Positions 36,801-51,800 of a stretch of DNA of 64,000 nucleotides are shown here, one piece after another (positions within the stretch are counted from its first letter, which is position 1; the number at the start of each line of letters is the position of its first letter). The notes under the pieces were generated by a model. The model searched no databases. It saw only the letters and a list, made by a program, of their open reading frames with translations, and had not been told where the DNA came from. The stretch is from Phoronis australis (Eukaryota; Animalia; Phoronida), in assembly GCA_002633005.1 (NCBI GenBank), contig NMRA01000535.1:87850-151849 (forward strand), written 5' to 3'. A program made the position numbers and the translations under genes.

Positions 36801-39800
36801 CGCTCCATCCTAGGAATCCGATGGCAGGACCAAATCACCAACCTTGAGGTCCTAGAACGTGCCCAGTCAACCAGCATTGAAGCGATGCTACTCAAGGCCC
36901 AACTGCGATGGGTGGGGCACATCATCAGGATGGAGGACTACAGAATGCCTGGCCAGCTTTTGTATGGCGAGCTGAAGACTGGGAGAAGGAAGCAAGGACG
37001 CCCTCGCCTTCGCTACAAAGACACCGTCAAAGCCAACCTGAAGTAGTGCAACATCAAACCCAAGGAGCTGAAAGCTGTTGCAGGAGAGAGACCAAAGATG
37101 CGAGCCACGATTCGAAAAGCAACTGCCAGTTTTGAGGATGACCGCTGTAAGAGACTCGAAGCTGCTCGAGAGAAACGCCACTGTTACCACGACGGAGTTC
37201 CAATGTCCCACCTGTGCTCGACTCTGTGCGTCAAGACTGGGACTGCAGAGCCATCTTCGTGAACATAGACGAGACACACAACCTACGTCATCTTCGGACC
37301 CGAAGGACTACCAACATTGGTAAGATGGGCAATAAAAAGCGCCACAAGAGATGTTGTAAGACAGCTCATGACCATCTGCAGGCAAAGTTTAATCATGTTA
37401 GTGACACCATTGTTTTCCTATCTTTTTTGCTAAATTTTACTAAAGACATGATCACGTGACCCAATTAGTTTGTGGATGAATAGTCAGACTTGACATTAAG
37501 GCTCTAAAATGACAGGTACTTCAAGTACAACTCAAATAAAACATGAGTGGAAAATAGAGAACGTACCATCTGCAAGTCACAGGTGACCAAACTACCAGAA
37601 TTTTGGAGCTGAAAGTCCCATAACTTCACAGTGAGAAAGCTTGAAGAGTCGACATACTGCATGAGAACGTCAGGAAAAAAGAAATATTCTGGGAGCATGA
37701 CGTCACGAAAACCTGATTTTTCTGCTTTGCAAGTTCTTAATGTGTTAATCTATCTTTGAAAATAAAGTCATTCTGTGAAGTTTTCATTCATTCTACTTTT
37801 TAAGTTTTAAAAAGGAAATGAAGATTCTTTAGGCACTTTCACTCGGTAAGACTGCTGAACTCATTTTAAAATGAATTTGACCAATTTTAATTAAGAGTAT
37901 GTTCTCAGATGGTCCAGGCAGAGGGTGATAAACGCTATGACAGATTCTTTTTATGTTTTCTTTGAGTGATGAGCCTGGCCCCACGAACTCCAGACCACCT
38001 TTATTTTTTTCAAAGTGCCACCTTTTGCTTTCCATGGATACCATTGGTTACTGGCCAGTTTTGAGCCTGGCGGTAGTGGAGCTTTAGCAAAATTTCACAA
38101 GTTAGTTTGAGTAGTGGAAGTAACGACGAAATACTGAACCTGCATTACTGATCATGCAAATTTGAATGATTTTGATAACTCTTTAACTATTTTTGTAGCA
38201 GTGCAAGATGAGCACTTTTAGTGATTTTTGAAACGGTCAAAATTAGCTAAATTTGTCTCCTAATTTTTCAGCTGGTGGAAAGTCTCAGAACATTCTAGTA
38301 CCAACCAATCTGTTGACCTACCTTAGATCAACAAAATAAGATGAAAAAATTGTCTGGTGCCAACAGGTTTCATGTCATTTGAAGTTGATACTGACTGGTG
38401 GTTACGCCATTTCACCACAATGAGTAATGCCGACAGACAAAAAGTGCATAATCGCTTTTAGTTGGCATGCAAACTTCAAGTCAATTTCAACATTTATCAA
38501 AGCGTTGGAATTTCTGAAAGTTGCCTGCAGTCATGGAATTAGGATACACAAACTTACTAGACAAAACACCAGTGAGTTTTGGCAAGATTCCCTTTGCGAG
38601 TCGAAATTAAATATCTCCTGGTTTTGCAAAGCTCAGTTCTTCTAATTGGCACATGCCCCCCCCCCAAAAAAAACACAAACACTGTCCACAAGCCATTTTC
38701 ATGACACTTTCCTTCAAAAATTGTGGTTGCCCCTCCCCTCATACGACTTTCTAGATCTTACAGTGTTGTATGAACAATTTTTATTTATGGTTTTATCTGT
38801 GGTTGTCTGATTAACAAAGAAGTTACTGAAGTGGTCTGAACAAACGTTACTTTTTGTTCAATCTTCAAGAGGTTTTGTCACAGGGCATTGGGAGCAGAGG
38901 ACAGTGTCAGGGATTCGTTGGCAATCATAGAGAAAGGCAAGACAACTGGTAGCCAGAGTTCCATAGACGATATGTTGCCGTCAATGCCCCAACAACTTCC
39001 TCTCTTGGAGTGGTATGGCTAGTCTTCTCACTTTGCTGTCTGCATACAATGTGTTGTGAGTGAAACAAGTGAGAAATGGGAGACTTTCAAGAAGTAATGG
39101 AGTCTGACCACGTGGAACTGGCTACCAGGAGATACTTGATCAGTGCAGCGGGAGGCACAGTGTGACTTGAAACAACTTATGGTTTAAGTTATTGGATTTA
39201 AGACAAAGAACATTGTGAGTGGCCCTCTATTGGTGTGCAACGATAACTACTTTACATGTGGTACGTAATACTAGACTTAGGTACACATATACAACATCTC
39301 CCTTCGTTTAAAAAAAGTTTAAGTGCAATGTAAGGTACAGTCAGGCCTTTATCCAGGATTTCGAAAATAGGGTGTCCAAAATGGGGTTCCCAATATTCCA
39401 GGGCGTCCATAATTCCGACGCGTAACCCCCCACCCCCAGCAATCCCCCCCCAAACACACAATTTTTTTCCAAAAAATGCATAGACCAAGGTTTTTACATC
39501 TAAGTTTACAAAACAGCCTTCTGTAGTGAGCATTTTTAATAAAAAATTGGTGTAGACCAAGACTTTTACAATGCTATCAACCAAGTGTGAGCATAGCAAC
39601 ACTGCAACATTGTATATTTCTTCCTGCTTTGAAAAAAAATCCCCACTGAGCCTTCAGAGGCTTCCTAGTAATGTGTGTGTCCAAACTTGAAAGGTTCCTA
39701 TTGACAGTGGGTGTCCAAATGATACGTATGCTGCATAAAGGCCTGGGTACAGTCCAGTAAACATGTCCATCATGAAGTCACTAAGATAATACTAAAATAC

Positions 39801-42800
39801 AATTGGTAAACACGTTAACTAACTATGTGTGAGTATATATAATGTCCTTCACATGTCGTGAAATCTCACAGAGGGCTTTACAGTTCGTTCCCATCTAGTG
39901 TGGTAGAAACCATCGTCCATAGTGGTTGACGTTCCTTCAAGCACATCCTGTCATAAGGCTTCTTCCACAGATGGGGTGTAGTCATTGGGAGGAGGCTGAG
40001 GCTTTTCTTTCGTAGAACGAATGTGTCGCCGGTTTCACCAAATTTCAACGCTAGTAGATTTGCAAACAATGAACGAGCGACGTGCTTGTTCGCACTTCTT
40101 TACGACTGTTGCAGGTTCCCACTTCTTAGAGATGGGGTTTTGCACTCTGACGTGTTGGTTGTCACTAAATTCTGTAAGTGGCCTTGCATGTTGGTTGTAA
40201 TATTCAGCTTGGTTTGTGGACTTCGCAGGATATGGCAGTTCCTTTTCTTTGTTGTTGACTACAGGTAGATTTGAACGAACTTTCCGGTTGAACATGTATT
40301 CAGCTGGAGAAGGTAGTCCAGGAGCAATGGGCGTAGTGTGTAGACACAGTAGCGCCATCTGTGGATCATCTCCGGATTCTAACCATTTTTGGAGACATCT
40401 CTTCACTGTCCCAACGGATCTTTGCGCTTTTCCATTACCTTGGGGATAGTGCGGGCTGCTAGTCACATGCTTGAAGTCATGCTCTTCAACAAATCTTCGA
40501 AATTCATCACTGCTGTACTGTGGACCGTTATCGCTCACAAAGGAGTGCGGGATACCATACTCTGACATGATCATACGCAGTTGTTGTGTAATACTTAAAG
40601 AACTCGTAGACGAAAGCTTGTGAATAATACAGAATGAACTGTAATAGTCGACGACTAGTAGGTATAAGTTGTTATTCCACTGGAACAAATCATACCCAAT
40701 GAACACTACAAATCAGGATCACCATTTTGTCACCTCTAAAGTGGCACCTATTGTTGGACAATGGGTTCACAAAAAACATGGAATTTTAGTGAAAATGAAA
40801 AAAATTATTTAAACAAATGTGCATTACTTCATGAAAATAAACCAAAAATTTCTAAATCAAAACTATGTACTTTACTGGTGTATTAGTGTTCCAAACAGGT
40901 ATCAGTATTGGAGGTAATTTCCACTCAGGTGGTTGTCACCAGCTTGTGATTCCTATAGGAAAATGCTCACCGCAAGACGATTTTATTGTATCAATCAACA
41001 GCACTAACATAGATACATCTTGTGTGAAAGTCTGGCGATGATCAGTGTTGTGCCAGGTGAGATATACGGGCTCAAAATGTGGCAAAAGTGCAATGCTTTG
41101 TTAACCTCTGACCTCTCTATAATTTAAGCCTGAAATTTTTAACTTAGTGACGGAGTTAATGAGAATTGTTTAACATCTTGATGAAGCCAAATCTTGCTTT
41201 ATTACAAAACTATAAACAAATTATTATCTTGTGCACCAGTGCATTTTTACTAAGCATTGCAAATAAGCCATTTTCGGTGAGTCCATTGCTTGGTTTATCC
41301 TCAAAATAGAGGTCCCAGAATTTAAACAAGGTAAAATGAGCTTGGACTCCAGTGTTTTGTTTATCATCCCGAAGGTAGCTAAAATACATATTATGGTTCA
41401 AATCCGTGACACTGGGTTTGTCACCTCTCTGGGCACCTGTTGCCTGCTGTCAACTCTACTTCACTCTTAGCTTTCAAAACTTTCACGGATAAGTAAGTTG
41501 CTCACATAACTTCATTAACATGTATCTTTTTAGAACTCTTAGAGCGACCACCACTGAAATCATCATCGTGACTTACCTCGCTCAGGAATGGACTGTTCCG
41601 AGTGTTCATTTATTGAGGCTGAAGTCTGACCAACAGGTGGAGCATTAGTCTGCAACACAAAACACAATTGGTCACATCAAATACTGATTAGTTCAACAGC
41701 CACTTTCTGAAATAACACAACCCCCTCTCTGATTCTGTGGTATTTACCCACAATGTTGTGCATCCCCAAGATACTTGGCCCAAGGTAGTACACTGCTGTT
41801 TACTAACGTACTCTGATGTCAATAAAATAAATTTTTACTCGCATTGTATATTACATGTTAATGCAAACATAAAATAATTTGAAAAGCCGAGTCGTTATAA
41901 ATCATATTCTCTTGTCCAACTCAACTCAGAAGTCTGTGCCACCCAGCCTTTCGACAACACGTACAGTTCATACGGTTTTTAGCTACCCCCACAGATGAGA
42001 CGAGTTGAAAGCAGGATTTGAAAATTGAAAGAAATCTAGTTGCTGACTAAAAAGACAATTTAGTCTCTAATGAGTAGCCTCAATAGGTGGCAGCACAAAT
42101 TCACCCTTACACCATTCTACTCAAACAAACAGAGGATTAATTTGCTTTGTCTTGTGAGCAAAACATGATGCACAGTACTTTTCAAAATAAACTAGACAAC
42201 ATCGAAATTAAACAAAGTTTCAGTGCACAAACCTGCGACTGCCTAAATGTCCATATATTTTCCGCTAAAATTCATTCAAATTCTGGATATATCTAGACAA
42301 CTTACTGTGCTCATTTACATAATAATAAGCATTTAGTGGGTAGGTACAATAACGTCACATTAAACTCAAACAGAAGTTGAACAAAAAGCCATTTTATTGC
42401 CAAACTGTCAAATAAATCTGTCCAGTTTTGAGCACTACATTATTAACTTGTCCAAACTTCATCAACTTTAGCTGATAAAATAGTATGTGGATGTATTTTT
42501 TTAAAAATAAACAAATGTCCAAATTTTATAGTAATAATGAAATAATAATAGTAGTACTTTTCCAAGCTAAAGTTTATAACTGGTTTAGCATCTTTCGCAA
42601 AGAAAACAACCTGCTTCAAACAAGACTTATTAAATTGTTCAACATTTAAATTAAACATGAAACAAAATTACCTTAAAAGAGAAATCAATCGTTTGTGATA
42701 TTACCTTTTCTAAAATATGTATCTCTGATTATTTTGGAAAGACATTTTTCCACATTAATTACTGATCACCTTGGGTGTAATTACTATCCTTGCCACAATA

Positions 42801-45800
42801 GCTCAGCAAAAGGGAGACATCTTGGTTCTACATTCACTTCCATTTAGCAAACATCAATTACTAATGTAGACTGTAGAAGCAGTAAATCAAACATTGCGTT
42901 TGTTCAACAGCAGTGAATGCAATGTAGGCCTTTAATCAAGATGTTTACATTAGTATAGTTGCCAAAAAGTTGACCCTGCAATGTTGTCTACTGTAAAGTT
43001 TTCTTGTGGAAATTTATTATACGTTGCTAGGAGAACAAAATTAACTTGGTTGCACTTTGTACAACTTTGAGCATTTTTTATAATTCAAGATGGCGGCTAC
43101 CGCCATCTTGAATTTCGCCTAATTTCCACACTCTGAACATGATACCGTGTAGGATCCTGCAATTTATGGAATGGAGAGTCCATTTCTGATATTATCTTAT
43201 GGATGCAAGATCAAAGTCAAGGTCAAATGGGAGATCAAGTCACGTTGAACTGAAACAACGAAAATTCATCTCTCTTGCGCTATGAAATGTCAACTTTATG
43301 GGCAATGCGGAATTATCATCTCTGTGATTCCATTATGTAAAGAATAAGGGATAGCTAAATACTGAAATAAGATATTCTCCCAACATCTCAATAACTAGTT
43401 TAAAATATTGTGTACCAGACCTAGGCATGCCGCTCAGGAAGACCCTACGAAATGACCACCTTGGACCATGTTTATGTTTTATTAGTTGACACAGGGTTAA
43501 GTATCTAGGGACTTTACTCAGGCGACCATAAAATTGCCCTTCTTCCATCACTTTCAGAATTTACCTATACAACGTCTGCTTCACCATGTGTAATTTACAC
43601 AGTGGCTGTTCTTGACCCACTCGATGTTGAATAGAAGGGAATAGCTTCATACACATAAAAGGTTGTTTAACATAGCGTTATATAGAATAGTTTAGCGGCA
43701 AAAGGGATGTTTAGGAACAGGGGTTAGCATGAATTCCTCAACTTTTCCTCATGTTATCGTCTCATGGTCTTTGTGTAGGGATCTTCGTGGTCATATTTTT
43801 CTGCAAAGCGAATAATTGTTTCACAAGCGAGAGGATAGGAGGCTAGTAGAGTGCCAGGGCTTTACCTAAATCTTCAACCAACACCACCTTCGGAGCAGAA
43901 TTATTTGGGACATAATGCGATCGAAGAGATTTGACCAAAATGGCATTGTCAGCCTTCCTCAGACTGCCGTATTTGCTGATCTGGGCTATAGGGTGTGGAC
44001 TCAATAAGTTCATACTGAAAGATATCAGCTATGTTAATGTTACATTGCTGACTTAGACTAACAGGCAACTGAACAACGTTTCAACGCCATGTCCTTCCCT
44101 CGACAGTACACGCTTCTTCAGCATCTCCAGCATTTTGACTTTTTCCTAATTGCTTTGTAACATTCACTGCTTACCAAAACTGCTCATGCCCAATGGCCAG
44201 CTCGTTCTGGAATCTACTCGGCAACTGCAGAAGTTATGGAGAAATGACAGCTGGTCAGTGAGCTGGTGTCTGTGCTTCTCTATCTCCTCTGCAATCTTTC
44301 TCTAGTCATCCTCGTCCAGGTCCACTACTCCCTTCTCGTACTCAGTCTTTTTCCTGCCACTCCACTACGGGACATTTGCTCTTCACCACCTTCATTCCAC
44401 ATGACTTATGTTCTCCATGGCAGGATCAAGGTGCGCACACCCACTGAAACTCTTTAACCACATGACCACTCAATTACTCGGCTCTCATTAAAATGCTCCT
44501 TATAACCCCAGAACCTTTTACTCCATTGATATACGGTACGCCTGTTCTTAGAAAAGGTCAACAGACACTACAGTCTTGTCATCCACGTGTGCAGCTTTCA
44601 GTGGAATTTTTTGGCATTATTGAACAGGTGTTCCACCCACAGCAAACTTCAAAATAAACTTCGAAAGAACTCTGTCACACTGCTAAACTTGGTATAAACT
44701 TCTTACCAGAAATGTTTGGCACCTTAGTCGAATACTAATCGCACTTTTCTCGAAGTTTTCTCGTAGTTTAGGTTGACGTTATTGCGCTTGGTCATTTCCT
44801 GTTTATTTATGAATGAGTTACGTAAATGGAGGCGCTATTGTATTCTAGGCCAAAATAATTTCCATGTCGTTTGGTTAATTTTGAAGACTGCTACACCAGC
44901 GCAGGTGCCGTACACAATTATGGTGACCTGCTACATAGAAACAGGTCTCCTTGAGACAGGGTTGTTGAAGAACCATCTTTAGGTAAACCACCAGCTCTTC
45001 ATAAGACTTGGCCCCATTTGAGTAGACATGGAGTTACATCATGGCTGTGATGAGATTGTACACCTAAGGCAATATTTTCTCAAATAAGACAATATCATTT
45101 AGTCTCAAAGTGTGCAGAACGGTTCCGCACTTTTTTAATATCCACTTAGGGCCATAAAAAATGGTATGTAACAAATCTATACCTTAACCTAAAGATGTTT
45201 ACAATGTTACATTTTTATTTCCTCAATTAGCATTTTCTTAATTAGAAGTTCAATTTTTGCCTTGCGGAATATTCCGCACTGATATTCCGCACTGCAGAAT
45301 ATTCCTCAAATGTGCGGAATATTCCTCAAATGTGCGGAATATTCCTCAAATGTGCGGAATATTCCTCAAATGTGCGGAATATTCCTCAAATGTGCGGAAT
45401 ATTCCTCAAATGTGCGGAATATTCCTCAAATGTGCGGAATATTCCTCAAATGTGCCGAATATTCCTCAAATGTGCCGAATATTCCTCAAATGTGCGGATT
45501 ATTCCTCAAATGTGCGGAATATTCCTCAAATGTGCGGAATATTCCGCACTGCGCAAGTTTTGTGGAATACTGTGACTTGAGAAATATTATGTATATTACC
45601 ATGCAGAGGACAACAGGAGATTGGCAATTTAACTTCAGTGGCTAAGAAAGATTTTCCACACCTTGGCTGGAGTGATGGGTTCGCTATACATTGTAGTAAA
45701 GATTCCTCAATTTATAACGCAATATGGTGGAACAGTAAAATTTTATTTTGTCAAATTTTTCAACAAAAGTAAAAAGGATTAAAACATTTACTTCGCTACT

Positions 45801-48800
45801 TGTTAAACTGGAAAAATGGCAACTTTGGCAACTGTTTTTGTTCTAAATTGTGTAATCTGCTGGTATAACAAGGAGAACCCAAAACTATGGCAGCCGCATT
45901 TTTGCACATCCAAACTTATTTAAACAAGAACAATATTTTACCATCCTTTAGGCTGTTGAATCATGTGGTCATTCAAATGGTACTTTGCTATTTTTACTTT
46001 CTACTCATTCGTAAATGAATTCTTTGACAAACAAAAGTGTAGACACTATACATGTGTGCATCTTAACTCATTGTACACCAGCAAATTTTAATTCATTTAC
46101 GATGAAATTTGTTTCGTTAGTTTATTCCCTTTAACTTAAACGTTTTTCACATTCCCATCAATAGGGCAAAATCATCATGTGGTGAATCAAAGCTGTAGTT
46201 GTGAAATTTAGCATATTTTTGAGAAAGTGAATTTTCTGTTTGAGCTAAGATACCTGTAGCTTGAAAACTTATTCGGGAACCCTACTTTTTTGCTCATGTC
46301 ATTGCACATACACAGGACATTAAAGAAAAATTTTTAAAAAATTAATTTTTTTCGATTAAATTTTTGCATAGAAGCCAAAATGCTATATTCTGAGGTACCC
46401 AAAAATCATGGAAAAATGTGCTCTAACACTGATGTAAGAAAACCATTTAACCGGGAAATATTATTGAAGCCATTGCAATATAAAATTGACATCCTGCGGA
46501 ACAGTTCCGCAAGTGTTCCGTTTATTAATGAATTATTGTTACGGTACAAATTCTTATACATTTATGTTTCATACTTGTTGCACATTAACATTTGAATATT
46601 CCTTACCTTGTATTAACATTCTACCAAAAGCGGTAAAATGGCATAGACAAGATATCAATTTTCCCTGAGTCTGCTAGAGGTAGGTTTCTGCATCAAAAAC
46701 CATTCAGCAAGTTCCTCACTGATTAATTATTGATCATGATGACACATTGATATTTTCACGTGTTATTAAGAATAGAATATATTTCAACCTTAATGTGTAA
46801 GAAGTTTAAAAAATTGTGAGCTCCACAAAACTATAGTTTGCGGAACGGTTCCGCATGCGGAACGGTTTCGCAACTGTCACATTTATTAATTAATTACTGT
46901 TAGAGTACAAATTCTGATACTTTTATGTTTAATACTTGTTGTACGTTAAGATTTGAATATTTCATGGTTCTGCCAAAAGCGGTAAAATGGCATAGATGAG
47001 ATGTCAATTTTTCGTGAGTCTGCTTGAGGTAGGTTTCTGCATCACAAACCATTCAGCAAGTTTCCCACTGACCAATCATTGTTCATGTTGACACATTGAT
47101 ATTTCCATATGCAATTGAGAATAGAGTATATTTCAAGTGAAATGTGCAAGAAAATTCTTTTAAAACTTGTGAGGATCACAAAAGTATTGTTTGCGGAATG
47201 GTTCCGCAACTGTCACATTTATTAATTAATTATTCTTAGGGTAGAAATTCTGATACTTTTATGTTTTATGCTTGTTGTACGTTAAGATTTGAATATTTCA
47301 CTCAGTACAGAATATTCCGCAAGGCAAAAATTGAACTTCTAATTAAGAAAATGCTAATTGAGGAAATAAAAATGTAACATTGTAGGGTAAGGTATAGATT
47401 TGTTACATACCATTTTTTATGGCCCTAAGTGGATATTAAAAAAGAGCGGAACCGTTCCGCACACTTTGAGACTAAATAATGTCTGATTTGAGAAAACATC
47501 GCCTTGCCTACAGAACATCGGTTCTAGCCTTTCCGTTGACCACTGGAGTGTAACAGGTTAATACTTCGATGGCCCATGCCACCACTCCGAAAAAACAGCT
47601 ACTCCGAAGGTCGTTTACTTCGAACAAACACCGTTACTACGACTTTTTACTCAATCTTCCTAAATTTTCTCAAAATTTTACGACTGATTTGTTTTGTTAC
47701 TAACTAACAAAATACCCACACAAAAATAAATTTGGACAATGAAGTCCAATGACTTATTTCTGAAATTATTACTGTCTTTGTAGTTAACAACTCTTGTATC
47801 TTATCTTCTTTGAAGCTCACTTGATTGAGAGAAAATGTATCATATTACATGCGCACAGCCAAGGGAGCTCGGAGAGCTCGAATGAGCCCCCCCCCATTTG
47901 GCGAAGTGGGCAAAAACAATCGCCTCACAACCACAAAAAGTCTGAGAAAACGAGACAAAAGTGCACTAAAAAGGCACAAATGCACACTTCATGGCCCTGA
48001 ACGTGATCTCCCGTTTTTAGTCCCATGTTTTTTGTTTGTAAAAGGTCTACATTGCCAAAAATTCGAGCCCCCATATTTTAGACTGGGTGCACGCATGTAT
48101 TAGGTTAAAGAATAAAACAAATGCGTTCATATTTGGAGGAGACGTGGGTTTCTTCGGAGTAGAGGTTTTTCGGAGTATTTTTGGAGTAATGGGCAGTAAC
48201 CATACTAGACGCACGAGCATTGAACTGCTGAGCGTATGTGCATTTCCATGCCATACAACCCTCATGAAACTTTTGTGATCAAACTGTTTGGCCCACTATA
48301 GTACATGTATGTAATAGTGAGTATTTTGAAAATATATCTTGAAGGTTAATGAAGGAAATGAAAAATAATGAGTTAAAAACTAAATGACAGAAGGCTGCCA
48401 GGCAGTTTTGACCTTTGACCTCTGGTTTGACCTTGAAAATGAACCCGTATTAATAAAATAACACCAGAAATGGACTACCCATCACAGAAAATGGTATTAA
48501 CAATGTATTACATGACCCTGTTAGTCAACAAGTTGAAAAAACCAAAGTTGGTCGAAATTCAAAATGGCGGAAACTGCCATCTTGAATTGCAACAAGAGCA
48601 ACGCGGAGCGTTGAAATGCGCCCACAATTGCACCGCATACGGTATCCTTCTAGGGTTGTTTATTGGTACCGTAAAGTGGCCAGTAGAGGGCATACTTTGC
48701 AAAATGGAAAGGCATGGTCATTGTCTCCTCAATAGGCTAGGGGCAAAATGTGAGTAATCTTCATAATACAAGCACATCCTATACACCAGTTGCTTAAAGC

Positions 48801-51800
48801 ACCACAGAAACATAGAATTAAAAACAAATTTACCAACATACGAGATTAGCACAGCATTAGAATGCCAGAAACAAATTTCTACTTGGAACTTTTCCTTCAC
48901 AGTCACGAAGTAACACAAAGTATACACCTGAAGACCTATGAAAATACAGAGGTCAATGTAAAATACTAAAATTGCCACTAGAGGCAAATACTAAAATTGC
49001 CACTAGAGGCAAATACTAAAATTGCCACTAGAGGCATACCGGTAATCAGAATCATCCTAAAGTCGTCATCGTCCGTTGTCAACATCACATAAATACACTT
49101 GCTAAATTTAGTAAAGATCCTGCAAACGGTTTGGGAGATACAGCCATGGGCGCAAAAAAACAAAACTGCCACTAGGAGGCGCCACAGTAGTCCAAATCGT
49201 CTGAAAATCATTGTCAGCTGTCTTCCTTATAGTAAGCACATACACGCCAATTTTCACAATCATCCTTTGAGCGGTTTGGTTGATAGAGGGGTGGACGCAA
49301 AAATACAGACTCGAAAACAGTAAAAATGGCCACTAGGTGGCGCAAACTACGTCGAATCCATCTGAAAACAGTAGGATAGCGTCATCTCACTAATAGGTGC
49401 CTACATACCAAATTTCATGAAAATCCGTTCAATACTTTTGAAGATACAAAGGTAAGCGTAAAAAACTAAAATTGCCACTAGGGGGCACACCGGTAGTCGG
49501 ATCCGTCCGAAAGTTTGCACATGCCGTCCCATTCATGAATGGAACACATGTGCCAAATTTCATGAACGTATGTCAAGAGTTTTGGAGATAGAGCAGCGGA
49601 CGCCGGACGCCGGACGGACGCCGCCCGGACGGACGGACGGACAGAGATGACGGCATAATGCATCCACATATAAATATGTGGGCGCATAAAAAATGCTCAA
49701 AGTTGCACTAAGTGCAACCAAGCTAATTTTGTGCTCCTGATCATATTTCAACAAAAAAACTTTACAGTAATCAACATTGCAGGGTTCACTATGGGAGCTA
49801 TTGGGGTGGCAACTAGACTACATGGCCTTACTGTACCAAGGACAGTAATTACACACTAAGGCAACAGAAATTAATGCGAAAAATAGGTTTCCATGATAAG
49901 CAAGGAGTGTCTTTTTACTAAAAGTAACAACCACAATTGTAGTTTTTTACTTTAATATCAGAGCTTAGATAACGACAGTATTAACGTCAATTCTAATGCC
50001 TGGACCTTCTGCAATACATGAATGTGATGCCACAAATTAAAAATAATTGCACGTTCACATTTATTATTCCCATAGAAAAAGAACTCCAGCTGTTTTGAAA
50101 TTCATACTAGTGTTATCAGGAGACCTACCATAGCCATCATTATTGCCAACTGGTTCTCAAGGAGAGTAACTCTTGCCTTGAGCTCCTACAAACAGAACAA
50201 GATCCTAAGAAAGGGGCATTTTATTGAGCAAATGTTTTAATTGTTTAAATACGTTTTTGGAAATCATTTCAGAAAAAAATATTTAAGACTGGATCAATAC
50301 ACCCAATAAAGCTTAAATAGGTGGGTCATTTCAGTGGTACTTGTGCAATGCTAAGTTATTACAAAGGATCATCATGAATACAAGCTTCCTAATGGCACCA
50401 AGTCATGTATCAAAAACGAAGAATGCACACGCAACATAGAAATTATATACTTTTTGCATCAAAATCAGTAGCGAATAGATTTCTCACTTGGGGACAACAT
50501 TTGGAAAGTACAGGTCAATTGTGCAACAGCACAGTTTACACATTATGCAACACTACACACATGGACCAAAGCAAAGTTTACACATTTTGCAACACTACAC
50601 ATATGGACTACAGCACAGGTAGTTATTTGCACAAGACATCATCGCCAGCTCACCCGACACTGGCATTGACAGATAGATTCGGGTGTGGCGGGGCGTGTAC
50701 TGCATCCAGAGTCTGCGCTGGTGGGACTCCTCTCGCGCTGCGTCACGTGGGACTCGGTATAAGACTCAATATGCACCAGATTAATTGCTTCACCTACAGT
50801 ACTGGGTGCTGTAACTAAATAAAGTGAACAAATGTTTATGTGACAATTGAAAATACTTTAAGGGGAATGCTATCTTTTTTGAAATCTTATTTGTTAATTA
50901 TTTACTACTAAAAACTTTGGCTATTTTGAACCCTTTTAGTTGATTACTAGAAAAATTAATTTCATAAAACCAACAATTTCTCAAGGCAGAATTATGATGT
51001 GGTGAGCAAATTCCCAAAATGTTCACCGGCCCAAGTAAGGTGTGTTACGTCACCAGCCTAAGTAAGGTGTGTTCTATCAGAGGCCCTATTAACATTTGTT
51101 CTTTCACTGGCCCAAGTAAGGTGTGCTATCACCCGTCCAAGTAAGGTGTGTTCTATCACCGGCCCAAGGTGTGTTCTACCACTGGCCCAAGTAAGGTGTG
51201 CTCCATGACTGGCCCAAGGTGTGTTCCTTCACCCTCCCAAGTAAGGTGTGTTCTATCATTGGCCCAAGTAAGGTGTGTTCCATCACTGGCCCAAGTAAAG
51301 TGCATTCCATCACTGGCCCAAGTAAGATGTGTTCTATCACTCGCCCAAGTAATTAGTAAGGCGTGTTCTATTACTCGCCCAAGTAAGGTGTGTTCCTTCA
51401 CCCACCCAAGTAAGGTGTGTTCCAACACTGGCCCAAGTAAGGTGTGTTTCACTACTGGCCCAAGCAAGGTGTTCCCTCACCCGCACAAGTAAGGTGTGTT
51501 CCTTCACCCGCCCACGCAGAGTGTGTTCCTTCACCCATCGAAGTAAGGTGTGTTCTATTACGGGCCCAAGTAAGGTGTGCTCTATCACAGGCCCAAGTAC
51601 GGTGTGTTCTATCACTAGCCCAAGTAAGGTGTGTTCTATCACCGGCCCAAGTAAGGTGTGTTCTATCACTGGCCCAAGTAAGGTGTGTTCTATCACTGGT
51701 AGAAGTAAGGCGTGCTCCATCACTGGCCCAAGTAAATTGTGTTCTATCACTCGCCCAAGTAAGGTGTGTTCTATCACTCGCCCAAGTAAGGTTTGTTCTA

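Larger units (their letters stand above)
42951..49820 (-). mobile_element. Academ-type DNA transposon (6.9 kb including nested insertions), degraded transposase
   Basis: Termini TAGTATAGTTGCCA/TGGCAACTAGACTA, 3-bp TSD CAT, ~280-bp imperfect TIRs containing AATTCAA(G/A)ATGGCGG..GCCATCTTGAATT. Minus-strand peptide remnants LFSCLL..DIFQYEL..GSLRKAD..LVKSL at ~43920-44085. Confidence 0.75.

Noticed and set aside
40704-41430. CACTA/Chapaev element truncating the Gypsy integrase
   Set aside because: It begins CACTAC but I could not find a matching right terminus or TSD.
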